Shown here piece after piece: positions 11,100-26,200 of a DNA stretch of 64,000 nucleotides. Every line of letters begins with the position of its first letter. Position 1 is the first letter of the stretch. The position numbers were made by a program, and so were the translations under genes. Origin of the DNA: Eledone cirrhosa (lineage: Eukaryota); the NCBI GenBank assembly GCA_964016885.1, contig OZ024754.1, positions 20,088,001 to 20,152,000 of the forward strand, in the 5' to 3' direction. The notes under the pieces are model-generated. The model did not search any database. It was not told the DNA's origin and was given only the letters and a program-made list of their open reading frames with translations.

Positions 11100-14000
11100 T
11101 GACACTTCCATGATATAGTTAATTTAGTTTCAACACAATCTCAGATCCTGTCACTTGCGAGACATGTACAACTGTGGCTAAAATGACTCCTCCATGATAT
11201 AGTTACTTTAGTTTCAACACGGTCTTAGATCAAGTCACTTGCCAGATTGTGGCTAAAATGACTCTTCCATGATATAGTTACTTTAGTTTTCAAACAGTCT
11301 CAGATCCAGTCACTTGCTAGACATGTATAACTATGGCTAAAATGACTCTTCCATGATATAGTTACTTTAGTTTCAACACAGTTTCAGAACAGGTCACTTG
11401 CCAGACACGTACCACTGTGGCTAAAATGACTCTTCCATGATATAGTTACTTTAGTTTCAACACAGTCACAGATCCTGTCATTTGCAAGACATGTACAACT
11501 GTGGCTAAAATGACTCTTCCATGATATAGTTACTTTAGTTTCAACACGGTCTTAGATCAAGTCACTTGCCAGACTTTGGCTAACATGACGCTTCTATGAT
11601 ATAGTTACTTTAGTTTTCAAACAGTCTCAGATCAAGTCACTTGCTAGACATGTATAACTGTGGCTAAAATTACTCTTCCATGATATAGTTACTTTAGTTT
11701 CAACACAGTCTCAGTTCAAGTCACTTGCTAGACATGTACAACTGTGGCTAAAATGACACTTCCATGGTATAGTTACTTTGGTTTCAACACAGTCTCAGAT
11801 CAACTCACTTGCCAGACATGTACAACTGTGGCTAAAATCGCTCTTCCATGATATAGTTACTTTAGTTTCAACACAATCTCAGACCAAGTCACTTGCCAGA
11901 CATGTACAACTGTGGCTAAAATGAGTCTTCCATGATATAGTTACTTTAGTTTCAACACAATCTCAGATCAAGTCACTTGCCAGACATGTACAACTGTGGC
12001 TAAAATGACTCTTCCATGATATAGTTACTTTAGTTTCAACACAGTCACAGATCAAGTCACTTGCCAGACATGTACGGCTATGGCTAAAATGACTCTTCCA
12101 TGATATAGTTACTTTAGTTTCAACACAATCTCAGATCAAGTCACTTGCCAGACATGTACAACTGTGGCTAAAATGATTCTTCCATGATATAGTTACTTTA
12201 GTTTCAACACAGTCACAGATCAAGTCACTTGCCAGACATGTACAACTGTGGCTAAAATGACTCTTCTGTGATATAGTTACTTTAGTTTCAACACAGTCTC
12301 AGATCAAGTCACTTGTCATACATGTACAACTTTGGCTAAAATGACTCTTCCATGATATAGTTACTTTAGTTTCAACACAATCTCAGATCAAGTCACTTGC
12401 CAGACATGTACAACTCTGACTAAAATGACTCTTCCATGATATAGTTACTTTAGTTTCAACACAATCTGAGATCAAGTCACTTGCCAGACATGTACAACTA
12501 TGGCTTAAATGACTCTTCCGTGATATAGTTACTTTAGTTTCAACACAGTCTCAGATCAGGTCACTTGCCAGACATGTACAACTGTGGCTAAAATGACTCT
12601 TCCATGATATAGTTACTTTAGTTTCAACACAGTCTTAGATCAAGTCACTTGCCAGACTGTGGCTAAAATGACTCTTCCATGATATAGTTACTTTAGTTTC
12701 AACACAGTCTCACATCAAGTTACTTGCCAGACATGTACAACTATGGCTAAAATGACTCTTCCGTGATATAGTTACTTGTGTTTCAACACAGTCACAGATC
12801 AAGTCACTTGCCAGACATGTACAACTGTGGCTAAAATGACTCTTCCATGATATAGTTACTTTAGTTTCAACACAGTCACAGATCAAGTCACTTGCCAGTC
12901 ATGGACAACTGTGGCTAAAATGACTCTTCCATGATATAGTTACTTTAGTTTCAACACAGTTTCAGATCAAGTCACTTGTCAGACATGTACAACTGTGGCT
13001 AAAATGACTCTTCCATGATATAGTTACTTTAGTTTCAACACAATCTCAGAACAAGTCACTTGCCAGACATGTACAACCGTGACTAAAATGACTCTTCCAT
13101 GATATAGTTACTTTAGTTTCAACACAGTCACAGATCAAGTCACTTGCCAGACGTGTACAACTGTGGCTAAAATAACTCTTCCGTGATATATTTACTTTAG
13201 TTTCAACACAGTCTCAGATCCTGTCACTTGCGAGACATGTACAACTGTGGCTAAAATGACTCTTCCATGATATAGTTACTTTAGTTTTCAAACAGTCTCA
13301 GATCAAGTCACTTGCTAGACATGTATAACTGTGGCTAAAATTACTCTTCCATGATATAGTTACTTTAGTTTCAACACAGTCACAGATCAAGTCACTTGCC
13401 AGGCATGTACAGCTGTGGCTAAAATGACTCTTCCATGATATAGTTACTTTAGTTTCAACACAGTTTCACATCAAGTCACTTGCCAGACATGTACAACTGT
13501 GGCTAAAATGACACTTCCATGATATAGTTAATTTAGTTTCAACACAATCTCAGATCCTGTCACTTGCGAGACATGTACAACTGTGGCTAAAATGACTCCT
13601 CCATGATATAGTTACTTTAGTTTCAACACGGTCTTAGATCAAGTCACTTGCCAGATTGTGGCTAAAATGACTCTTCCATGATATAGTTACTTTAGTTTTC
13701 AAACAGTCTCAGATCAAGTCACTTGCTAGACATGTATAACTATGGCTAAAATGACTCTTCCATGATATAGTTACTTTAGTTTCAACACAGTTTCAGATCA
13801 GGTCACTTGCCAGACACGTACCACTGTGGCTAAAATGACTCTTCCATGATATAGTTACTTTAGTTTCAACACAGTCACAGATCAAGTCACTTAGAAGACA
13901 TGTACAACTGTGGCTAAAATAACTCTTCCATGATATAGTTACTTTAGTTTCAACACAATCTCAGATCCTGTCATTTGCGAGACATGTACAACTGTGGCTA

Positions 14001-14850
14001 AAATGACTCTTCCATGATATAGTTACTTTAGTTTCAACACGGTCTTAGATCAAGTCACTTGCCAGACTTTGGCTAACATGACGCTTCTATGATATAGTTA
14101 CTTTAGGTTTCAAACAGTCTCAGATCAAGTCACTTGCTAGACATGTATAACTGTGGCTAAAATCACTCTTCCATGATATAGTTACTTTAGTTTCAACACA
14201 GTCTCAGTTCAAGTCACTTGCCAGACATGTACAACTGTGGCTAAAATGACACTTCCATGGTATAGTTACTTTGGTTTCAACACAGTCTCAGATCAACTCA
14301 CTTGCCAGACATGTACAACTGTGGCTAAAATCGCTCTTCCATGATATAGTTACTTTAGTTTCAACACAATCTCAGACCAAGTCACTTGCCAGACATGTAC
14401 AACTGTGGCTAAAATGAGTCTTCCATGATATAGTTACTTTAGTTTCAACACAATCTCAGATCAAGTCACTTGCCAGACATGTACAACTGTGGCTAAAATG
14501 ACTCTTCCATGATATAGTTACTTTAGTTTCAACACAGTCACAGATCAAGTCACTTGCCAGACATGTACGGCTATGGCTAAAATGACTCTTCCATGATATA
14601 GTTACTTTAGTTTCAACACAATCTCAGATCAAGTCACTTGCCAGACATGTACAACTGTGGCTAAAATGATTCTTCCATGATATAGTTACTTTAGTTTCAA
14701 CACAGTCACAGATCAAGTCACTTGCCAGACATGTACAACTGTGGCTAAAATGACTCTTCTGTGATATAGTTACTTTAGTTTCAACACAGTCTCAGATCAA
14801 GTCACTTGTCATACATGTACAACTGTGGCTAAAATGACTCTTCCATGATA
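11100..14850 (+). repeat. Duplicated block of about 1.3 kb (about 11100-12400 vs 13500-14850), offset 2409 then 2493 bp
   Basis: GCCAGATTGT at 11241/13650 (+2409) and TGTACGGCTA at 12071/14564 (+2493). CCATGGTAT, AGACCAAG and ATGAGTC variants are shared in the same order. Confidence 0.85.
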
Positions 14851-15479
14851 TAGTTACTTTAGTTTCAACACAATCTCAGATCCTGTCACTTGCGAGACAT
14901 GTACAACTGTGGCTAAAATCACTCTTCCATGATATAGTTACTTTAGTTTCAACATGGTCTTAAATCAAGTCACTTGCCACACTGTGGCTAAAATGACTCT
15001 TCCATGATATAGTTACTTTAGTTTTCAAACAGTCTCAGATCAAGTAACTTGCTAGACATGTATAACTGTGGCTAAAATTACTCTTCCATGATATAGTTAC
15101 TTTAGTTTCAACACAGTCTCAGTTCAAGTCACTTGCCAGGCATGTACAACTGTGGCTAAAATGACACTTCCATGATATAGTTACTTTGGTTTCAACACAG
15201 TCTCAGATAAACTCACTTGCCAGACATGTACAACTGTGGCTAAATTCGCTCTTCCATGATATAGTTACTTTAGTTTCAACACAATCTCAGATCAAGTCAC
15301 TTGCCAGACATGTACAACTGTGGCTAAAATGATTCTTCCATGATATAGTTACTTTAGTTTCAACACAATCTCAGATCAAGTCACTTGCCAGACATGTACA
15401 ACTGTGGCTAAAATGACTCTTCCATGATATACTTACTTTAGTTTCAACACAGACACAGATCAAGTCACTTGCCAGACAT

Positions 15480-18400
15480 GTACAACTATGGCTAAAATGA
15501 CTCTTCCATGATATAGTTACTTTAGTTTCAACACAATCTCAGATCAAGTCACTTGCCAGACATGTACAACTGTGGCTAAAATGACTCTTCCATGATATAG
15601 TTACTTTAGTTTCAACACAATCTCAGATCAAGTCACTTGCCAGACATGTACAACTGTGACTAAAATGACTCTTCCATGATATAGTTACTTTAGTTTCAGC
15701 ACAGTCACAGATCAAGTCACTTGCCAGACATGTACAACTATGGCTCAAATGAAACTTCCATGATATAGTTACTTTAGTTTCAACACAGTCTCAGATCAAG
15801 TCACTTGTCATACATGTACAACTGTGGCTAAAATGACTCTTCCATGATATAGTTACTTTAGTTTCAACACAATCTCAGATCAAGTCACTTGCCAGACATG
15901 TACAACTGTGACTAAAATGACTCTTCCAGGACATAGTTACTTTAGTTTCAACATAGTCACAGATCAAGTCACTTGCCAGACATGTACAACAGTGGCTAAA
16001 ATGACTCTTCCATGACATAGTTACTTTAGTTTCAACACATTTTCACATCAAGTCACTTGCCAGACATGTACAACTGTGGCTAAAATGACACTTCCATGAT
16101 ATAGTTAATTTAGTTTCAACACAATCTCAGATACTGTCACTTGCGAGACATGTACAACTGTGGCTAAAATCACTCTTCCATGATATAGTTACTTTAGTTT
16201 CAACACGGTCTTAGATCAAGTCACTTGCTAGACTGTGGCTAAAATGACTCTTCCATGATATAGTTACTTTAGTTTTCAAACAGTCTCAGATCAAGTCACT
16301 TGCTAGACATGTATAACTGTGGCTAAAATGACTCTTCCATGATATAGTTACTTTAGTTTCAACACAGTTTCAGATCAGGTCACTTGCCAGACACGTACCA
16401 CTGTGGCTAAAATTACTCTTCCATGATATAGTTACTTTAGTTTCAACACAGTCACAGATCAAGTCACTTGCCAGACATGTACAACTGTGGCTAAAATAAC
16501 TCTTCCATGATATAGTTACTTTAGTTTCAACACAATCTCAGATCCTGTCATTTGCGAGACATTTACAACTGTGGCTAAAATGACTCTTCCATGATATAGT
16601 TACTTTAGTTTCAACACGGTCTTAGATCAAGTCACTTGCCAGACTGTGGCTAAAATGACGCTTCTATGATATAGTTACTTTAGTTTTCAAACAGTCTCAG
16701 ATCAAGTCACTTGCTAGACATGTATAACTGTGGCTAAAATTACTCTTCCATGATATAGTTACTTTAGTTTCAACACAGTCTCAGTTCAAGTCACTTGCCA
16801 GACATGTACAACTGTGGCTAAAATGACACTTCCATGATATAGTTACTTTAGTTTCAACACAGTCTCAGATCAACTCACTTGCCAGACATGTACAACTGTG
16901 GCTAAAATGACTCTTCCATGATATAGTTACGTTAGTTTCAACACAATCTCAGATCAAGTCACTTGCCAGACATGTACAACTGTGACTAAAATGACTCTTC
17001 CAGGACATAGTTACTTTAGTTTCAACATAGTCACAGATCAGGTCACTTGCCAGACATGTACAACTGTGGCTAAAATGACTCTTCCATGATATAGTTACTT
17101 TAGTTTCAACACAGTTTCAGATCAGGTCACTTGCCAGACACGTACCACTGTGGCTAAAATGACTCTTCCATGATATAGTTAATTTAGTTTCAACACAATC
17201 TCAGATCCTGTCACTTGCGAGACATGTACAACTGTGGCTAAAATCACTCTTCCATGATATAGTTACTTTAGTTTCAACACGGTCTTAGATCAAGTCACTT
17301 GCCAGACTGTGGCTAAAATGACTCTTCCATGATATAGTTACTTTAGTTTTCAAACAGTCTCAGATCAAGTCACTTGCTAGACATGTATAACTATGGCTAA
17401 AATGACTCTTCCATGATATAGTTACTTTAGTTTCAACGCAGTTTCAGATCAGGTCACTTGCCAGACACGTACCACTGTGGCTAAAATTACTCTTCCATGA
17501 TATAGTTAATTTAGTTTCAACACAGTCACAGATCAAGTCACTTAGAAGACATGTACAACTGTGGCTAAAATAACTCTTCCATGATATAGTTACTTTAGTT
17601 TCAACACAATCTCAGATCCTGTCATTTGCGAGACATGTACAACTGTGGCTAAAATGACTCTTCCATGATATAGTTACTTTAGTTTCAACACGGTCTTAGA
17701 TCAAGTCACTTGCCAGACTTTGGCTAACATGACGCTTCTATGATATAGTTACTTTAGTTTTCAAACAGTCTCAGATCAAGTCACTTGCTAGACATGTATA
17801 ACTGTGGCTAACATTATTCTTCCATGATATAGTTACTTTAGTTTCAACACAGTCTCAGTTCAAGTCACTTGCCAGACATGTACAACTGTGGCTAAAATGA
17901 CACTTCCATGATATAGTTACTTTAGTTTCAACACAGTCTCAGATCAACTCACTTGCCAGACATGTACAACTGTGGCTAAAATCGCTCTTCCATGATATAC
18001 TTACTTTAGTTTCAACACAATCTCAGATCAAGTCACTTGCCAGACATGTACAACTGTGGCTAAAATGACTCTTCCTTGGTATAGTTACTTTAGTTTCAAC
18101 ACAATCTCAGATCAAGTTACTTGCCAGACATGTACAACTGTGGCTAAAATGACTCTTCCATGATATAGTTTCTTTCGTTTCAACACAGTTTCAGATCAGG
18201 TCACTTGCCAGACACGTACCACTGTGGCTAAAATGACTCTTCCATGATATAGTTACTTTAGTTTCAACACAGTTTCACATCAAGTCACTTGCCAGACATG
18301 TACAACTATGGCTAAAATGACTCTTCCATGATATAGTTACTTTAGTTTCAACACAATCTCAGATCAAGTCACTTGCCAGACATGTACAACTGTGGCTAAA

Positions 18401-21120
18401 ATGACTCTTCCATGATATAGTTACTTTAGTTTCAACACAATCTCAGATCAAGTCACTTGCCAGACATGTACAACTGTGACTAAAATGACTCTTCCATGAT
18501 ATAGTTACTTTAGTTTCAGCACAGTCACAGATCAAGTCACTTGCCAGACATGTACAACTATGGCTCAAATGAAACTTCCATGATATAGTTACTTTAGTTT
18601 CAACACAGTCTCAGATCAAGTCACTTGTCATACATGTACAACTGTGGCTAAAATGACTCTTCCATGATATAGTTACTTTAGTTTCAACACAATCTCAGAT
18701 CAAGTCACTTGCCAGACATGTACAACTGTGACTAAAATGACTCTTCCAGGACATAGTTACTTTAGTTTCAACATAGTCACAGATCAAGTCACTTGCCAGA
18801 CATGTACAACTGTGGCTAAAATGACTCTTCCATGACATAGTTACTTTAGTTTCAACACATTTTCACATCAAGTCACTTGCCAGACATGTACAACTGTGGC
18901 TAAAATGACACTTCCATGATATAGTTAATTTAGTTTCAACACAATCTCAGATACTGTCACTTGCGAGACATGTACAACTGTGGCTAAAATCACTCTTCCA
19001 TGATATAGTTACTTTAGTTTCAACACGGTCTTAGATCAAGTCACTTGCTAGACTGTGGCTAAAATGACTCTTCCATGATATAGTTACTTTAGTTTTCAAA
19101 CAGTCTCAGATCAAGTCACTTGCTAGACATGTATAACTGTGGCTAAAATGACTCTTCCATGATATAGTTACTTTAGTTTCAACACAGTTTCAGATCAGGT
19201 CACTTGCCAGACACGTACCACTGTGGCTAAAATTACTCTTCCATGATATAGTTACTTTAGTTTCAACACAGTCACAGATCAAGTCACTTGCCAGACATGT
19301 ACAACTGTGGCTAAAATAACTCTTCCATGATATAGTTACTTTAGTTTCAACACAATCTCAGATCCTGTCATTTGCGAGACATTTACAACTGTGGCTAAAA
19401 TGACTCTTCCATGATATAGTTACTTTAGTTTCAACACGGTCTTAGATCAAGTCACTTGCCAGACTGTGGCTAAAATGACGCTTCTATGATATAGTTACTT
19501 TAGTTTTCAAACAGTCTCAGATCAAGTCACTTGCTAGACATGTATAACTGTGGCTAAAATTACTCTTCCATGATATAGTTACTTTAGTTTCAACACAGTC
19601 TCAGTTCAAGTCACTTGCCAGACATGTACAACTGTGGCTAAAATGACACTTCCATGATATAGTTACTTTAGTTTCAACACAGTCTCAGATCAACTCACTT
19701 GCCAGACATGTACAACTGTGGCTAAAATGACTCTTCCATGATATAGTTACGTTAGTTTCAACACAATCTCAGATCAAGTCACTTGCCAGACATGTACAAC
19801 TGTGACTAAAATGACTCTTCCAGGACATAGTTACTTTAGTTTCAACATAGTCACAGATCAGGTCACTTGCCAGACATGTACAACTGTGGCTAAAATGACT
19901 CTTCCATGATATAGTTACTTTAGTTTCAACACAGTTTCAGATCAGGTCACTTGCCAGACACGTACCACTGTGGCTAAAATGACTCTTCCATGATATAGTT
20001 ACTTTAGTTTCAACACAGTTTCACATCAAGTCACTTGCCAGACATGTACAACTGTGGCTAAAATGACACTTCCATGATATAGTTAATTTAGTTTCAACAC
20101 AATCTCAGATCCTGTCACTTGCGAGACATGTACAACTGTGGCTAAAATGACTCTTCCATGATATAGTTACTTTAGTTTCAACACGGTCTTAGATCAAGTC
20201 ACTTGCCAGACTGTGGCTAAAATGACTCTTCCATGATATAGTTACTTTAGTTTTCAAACAGTCTCAGATCAAGTCACTTGCTAGACATGTATAACTATGG
20301 CTAAAATGACTCTTCCATGATATAGTTACTTTAGTTTCAACGCAGTTTCAGATCAGGTCACTTGCCAGACACGTACCACTGTGGCTAAAATTACTCTTCC
20401 ATGATATAGTTAATTTAGTTTCAACACAGTCACAGATCAAGTCACTTAGAAGACATGTACAACTGTGGCTAAAATAACTCTTCCATGATATAGTTACTTT
20501 AGTTTCAACACGGTCTTAGATCAAGTCACTTGCCAGACTTTGGCTAACATGACGCTTCTATGATATAGTTACTTTAGTTTTCAAACAGTCTCAGATCAAG
20601 TCACTTGCTAGACATGTATAACTGTGGCTAACATTATTCTTCCATGATATAGTTACTTTAGTTTCAACACAGTCTCAGTTCAAGTCACTTGCCAGACATG
20701 TACAACTGTGGCTAAAATGACACTTCCATGATATAGTTACTTTAGTTTCAACACAGTCTCAGATCAACTCACTTGCCAGACATGTACAACTGTGGCTAAA
20801 ATCGCTCTTCCATGATATACTTACTTTAGTTTCAACACAATCTCAGATCAAGTCACTTGCCAGACATGTACAACTGTGGCTAAAATGACTCTTCCTTGGT
20901 ATAGTTACTTTAGTTTCAACACAATCTCAGATCAAGTTACTTGCCAGACATGTACAACTGTGGCTAAAATGACTCTTCCATGATATAGTTTCTTTCGTTT
21001 CAACACAGTTTCAGATCAGGTCACTTGCCAGACACGTACCACTGTGGCTAAAATGACTCTTCCATGATATAGTTACTTTAGTTTCAACACAGTTTCACAT
21101 CAAGTCACTTGCCAGACATG
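15480..21120 (+). repeat. 2820-bp (34-monomer: 30x84 + 4x75) tandem duplication
   Basis: Sequence lines match at +2820: 15721/18541 (GAAACTTCC), 16921/19741 (TTACGTTAG), 17701/20521 and 18121/20941 (TTTCTTTCGTT). One monomer is gained and one lost internally. Confidence 0.93.
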
Positions 21121-23289
21121 TACAACTGTGGCTAAAATGACTCTTCCATGATATAGTTACTTTAGTTTCAACACAATCTCAGATCCTGTCACTTGCGAGA
21201 CATGTACAACTGTGGCTAAAATGACTCTTCCATGATATAGTTACTTTAGTTTTCAAACAGTCTCAGATCAAGTCACTTGCTAGACATGTATAACTGTGGC
21301 TAAAATGACTCTTCCATGATATAGTTACTTTAGTTTCAACACAATCTCAGATCAAGTCACTTGCCAGACATGTACAACTGTGGCTAAAATGACTCTTCCT
21401 TGGTATAGTTACTTTAGTTTCAACACAATCTAAGATCAAGTTACTTGCCAGATATGTACAACTGTGGCTAACATGACTCTTCCATGATATAGTTACTTTA
21501 GTTTCAACACAGTTTCAGATCAGGTCACTTGCCAGACACGTACCACTGTGGCTAAAATGACTCTTCCATGATATAGTTACTTTAGTTTCAACAGTTTCAC
21601 ATCAAGTCACTTGCCAGACATGTACACCTGTGGCTAAAATGATTCTTCCATGATATAGTTACTTTAGTTTCAACACAATCTCAGATCAAGTCACTTGCGA
21701 GACATGTACAACTGTGGCTAAAATGACTCTTCCATGATATAGTTACTTTAGTTTTCAAACAGTCTCAGATCAAGTCACTTGCTAGACATGTATAACTGTG
21801 GGTAAAATGACTCTTCCGTGATATAGTTACTTTAGTTTCAACACAGTTTCAGATCAGGTCACTTGCCAGACACGTACCACTGTGGCTAAAATGACTCTTC
21901 CATGATATAGTTACTTTAGTTTCAACACAGTCACAGATCAAGTCACTTGCCAGACATGTACAACTGTGGCTAAAATGACTCTTCCATGATATAGTTACTT
22001 TAGTTTCAACACAATCTCAGATCCTGTCATTTGCGAGACATGTACAACTGTGGCTAAAATGACTCTTCCATGATATAGTTACTTTAGTTTCAACACGGTC
22101 TTAGATCAAGTCACTTGCCAGACTGTGGCTGAAATGACACTTCCATGATATAGTTACTTTAGTTTCAACACAGTCTCAGATCAAGTCACTTGCTAGACAT
22201 GTATAACTGTGGCTAAAATTACTTTTCCATCATATAGTTCCTTTTGTTTCAACACAGTCTCAGTTCAAGTCACTTGTCATACATGTACAACTGTGGCTAA
22301 AATGACTCTTCCATGATATAGTTACCTTAGTTTCAACACAATCTCAGATCAAGTCACTTGCCAGACTGTGGCTAAAATGACTCTTCCATGATATAGCTAC
22401 TTTAGTTTCAACACAATCTCAGATCAAGTCACTTGCCAGACATGTACAACTGTGGCTAAAATGACTCTTCCAGGACATAGTTACTTTAGTTTAAACATAG
22501 TCGCAGATCATGTCACTTGCCAGACATGTACAACTGTGGCTAAAATGACTCTTCCATGACATAGTTACTTTAGTTTCAACACAGTTTCAGATCAGGTCAC
22601 TTGCCAGACACGTACGAATGTGGCTAAAATGACTCTTCCATGATATAGTTACTTTAGTTTCAACACAGTTTCAGAACATGTCACTTGCCGGACACGTACC
22701 ACTGTGGCTAAAATGACTCTTCCATGATATAGTTACTTTAGTTTCAACACAATCTCAGATCCTGTCATTTGCGAGACATGTACAACTGTGGCTAAAATGA
22801 CTCTTCCATGATATAGTTACATTAGTTTCAACACGGTCGTAGATCAAGTCACTTGCCAGACTGTGGCTAAAATGACGCTTCTATGATATAGTTACTTTAG
22901 TTTTCAAACAGTCTTAGATCAAGTCACTTGCTAGACATGTATAACTGTGGCTAAAGTTACTCTTCCATGATATAGTTACTTTAGTTTCAACACAGTCTCA
23001 GTTCAAGTCACTTGCCAGACATGTACAACTGTGGCTAAAATGACTCTTCCATGATATAGTTACTTTAGTTTCAACACAGTTTCAGATCAGGTCACTTGCC
23101 AGACACGTACCACTGTGGCTAAAATGACTCTTCCATGATATAGTTACTTTAGTTTCAACACAGCCACAGATCAAGTCACTTGCCAGACATGTACAACTGT
23201 GGCTCAAATGACTCTTCCATGATATAGTTACTTTAGTGTCAACACAGTCTCAGTACAAGTCACTTGCCAGACATGTACAACTGTGGCTA

Positions 23290-26200
23290 AAATCGCTCTT
23301 CCATGATACAGTTACTTTAGTTTCAACACAATCTCAGATCAAGTCACTTGCCAGACATGTACGACTGTGGCTAAAATGACTCTTCCTTGGTATAGTTACT
23401 TTAGTTTCAACACAATCTCAGATCAAGTTATTGCCAGACATGTACAACTGTGGCTAAAATGACTCTTCCATGATATAGTTACTTTAGTTTCAACACAATC
23501 TCAGATCCTGTCACTTGCCAGACATGTACAACTGTGGCTAAAATGACTCTTCCATGATATAGTTACTTTAGTTTCAACACGGTCTTAGATCAAGTTACTT
23601 GCCAGACTGTGGCTAAAATGACTCTTCCATGATATAGTTACTTTAGTTTTCAAACAGTCTCAGATCAAGTCACTTGCTAGACATGTATAACTGTGGCTAA
23701 AATGACTCTTCCATGATATAGCTACTTTAGTTTCAACACAATCTCAGATCAAGTCACTTGCCAGACATGTACAACTGTGGCTAAAATGACTCTTCCAGGA
23801 CATAGTTACTTTAGTTTAAACATAGTCGCAGATCATGTCACTTGCCAGACATGCACAACTGTGGCTAAAATGACTCTTCCATGACATAGTTACTTTAGTT
23901 TCAACACAGTTTCAGATCAGGTCACTTGCCAGACACGTACGAATGTGGCTAAAATGACTCTTCCATGATATAGTTACTTTAGTATCAACACAGTTTCAGA
24001 ACAGGTCACTTGCCGGACACGTACCACTGTGGCTAAAATGACTCTTCCATGATATAGTTACTTTAATTTCAACACAGTTTCAGATCAGGTCACTTGCCGG
24101 ACACGTACCACTGTGGCTAAAATTGCTCTTCCATGATATAGTTACTTTAGTTTCAACACAGTCTCAGTTCAAGTCACTTGCCAGACATGTACAACTGTGG
24201 CTAAAATGACTCTTCCATGATATAGTTACTTTAGTTTCAACACAGTTTCACATCAAGTCACTTGCCAGACATGTACAACTGTGGCTAAAATGACTCTTCC
24301 ATGATATAGTTACTTTAGTTTCAACACAGTCTCAGATCAACTCACTTGCCAGACATGTACAACTGTGGCTAAAATCGCTCTTCCATGATACAGTTACTTT
24401 AGTTTCAACACAATCTCAGATCAAGTTGCTGGCCAGACATGTACAACTGTGGCTAAAATGACTCTTCCATGATATAGTTACTTTAGTTTCAACACAATCT
24501 CAGATCCTGTCACTTGCGAGACATGTACAACTGTGGCTAAAATGACTCTTCCATGATATAGTTACTTTAGTTTCAACACGGTCTTAGATCAAGTCACTTG
24601 CCAGACTGTGGCTAAAATGACTCTTCCATGATATAGTTACTTTAGTTTTCAAACAGTCTCAGATCAAGTCACTTGCTAGACATGTATAACTGTGGCTAAA
24701 ATGACTCTTCCATGATATAGTTACTTTAGTTTCAACACAATCTCAGATCAAGTCACTTGCCAGACATGTACAACTGTGGCTAAAATGATTCTTCCATGTC
24801 ATAGTTACTTTAGTTTCAACACAGTTTCAGATCAGGTCACTTGCCAGACACGTACGAATGTGGCTAAAATGACTCTTCCATGATATAGCTACTTTAGTTT
24901 CAACACAATCTCAGATCAAGTCACTTGCCAGACATGTACAACTGTGGCTAAAATGACTCTTCCAGGACATAGTTACTTTAGTTTAAACATAGTCGCAGAT
25001 CATGTCACTTGCCAGACATGTACAACTGTGGCTAAAATGACTCTTCCATGACATAGTTACTTTAGTTTCAACACAGTTTCAGATCAGGTCACTTGCCAGA
25101 CACGTACGAATGTGGCTAAAATGACTCTTCCATGATATAGTTACTTTAGTATCAACACAGTTTCAGAACAGGTCACTTGCCGGACACGTACCACTGTGGC
25201 TAAAATGACTCTTCCATGATATAGTTACTTTAGTTTCAACACAGTTTCAGAGCAGGTCACTTGCCGGACACGTACCACTGTGGCTAAAATTACTCTTCCA
25301 TGATATAGTTACTTTAGTTTCAACACAGTCTCAGTTCAAGTCACTTGCCAGACATGTACAACTGTGGCTAAAATGACTCTTCCATGATATAGTTACTTTA
25401 GTTTCAACACAGTTTCACATCAAGTCACTTGCCAGACATGTACAACTGTGGCTAAAATGACTCTTCCATGATATAGTTACTTTAGTTTCAACACAGTCTC
25501 AGATCAACTCACTTGCCAAACATGTACAACTGTGGCTAAAATCGCTCTTCCATGATACAATTACTTTAGTTTCAACACAATCTCAGATCAAGTTGCTGGC
25601 CAGACATGTACAACTGTGGCTAAAATGACTCTTCCATGATATAGTTACTTTAGTTTCAACACAATCTCAGATCCTGTCACTTGCGAGACATGTACAACTG
25701 TGGCTAAAATGACTCTTCCATGATATAGTTACTTTAGTTTCAACACGGTCTTAGATCAAGTCACTTGCCAGACTGTGGCTAAAATGACTCTTCCATGATA
25801 TAGTTACTTTAGTTTCAACACAATCTCAGATCAAGTCACTTGCCAGACATGTACAACTGTGGCTAAAATGACTCTTCCATGTCATAGTTACTTTAGTTTC
25901 AACACAGTTTCAGATCAAGTCACTTCCGAGACATGTACAACTTTGGCTAAAATGACTCTTCCATGATATAGTTACTTTAGTTTCAACACAGTTTCAGATC
26001 AAGTCACTTGCCAGACATGTACAACTGTGGCTAAAATGACTCTTCCATGATATAGTTACTTTAGTTTCAACACAATCTCAGATCCTGTCATTTGCGAGAC
26101 ATGTACAACTGTGGCTAAAATGATGCTTCTATGATATAGTTACTTTAGTTTTCAAACAGTCTTAGATCAAGTCACTTGCTAGACATGTATAACTGTGGCT

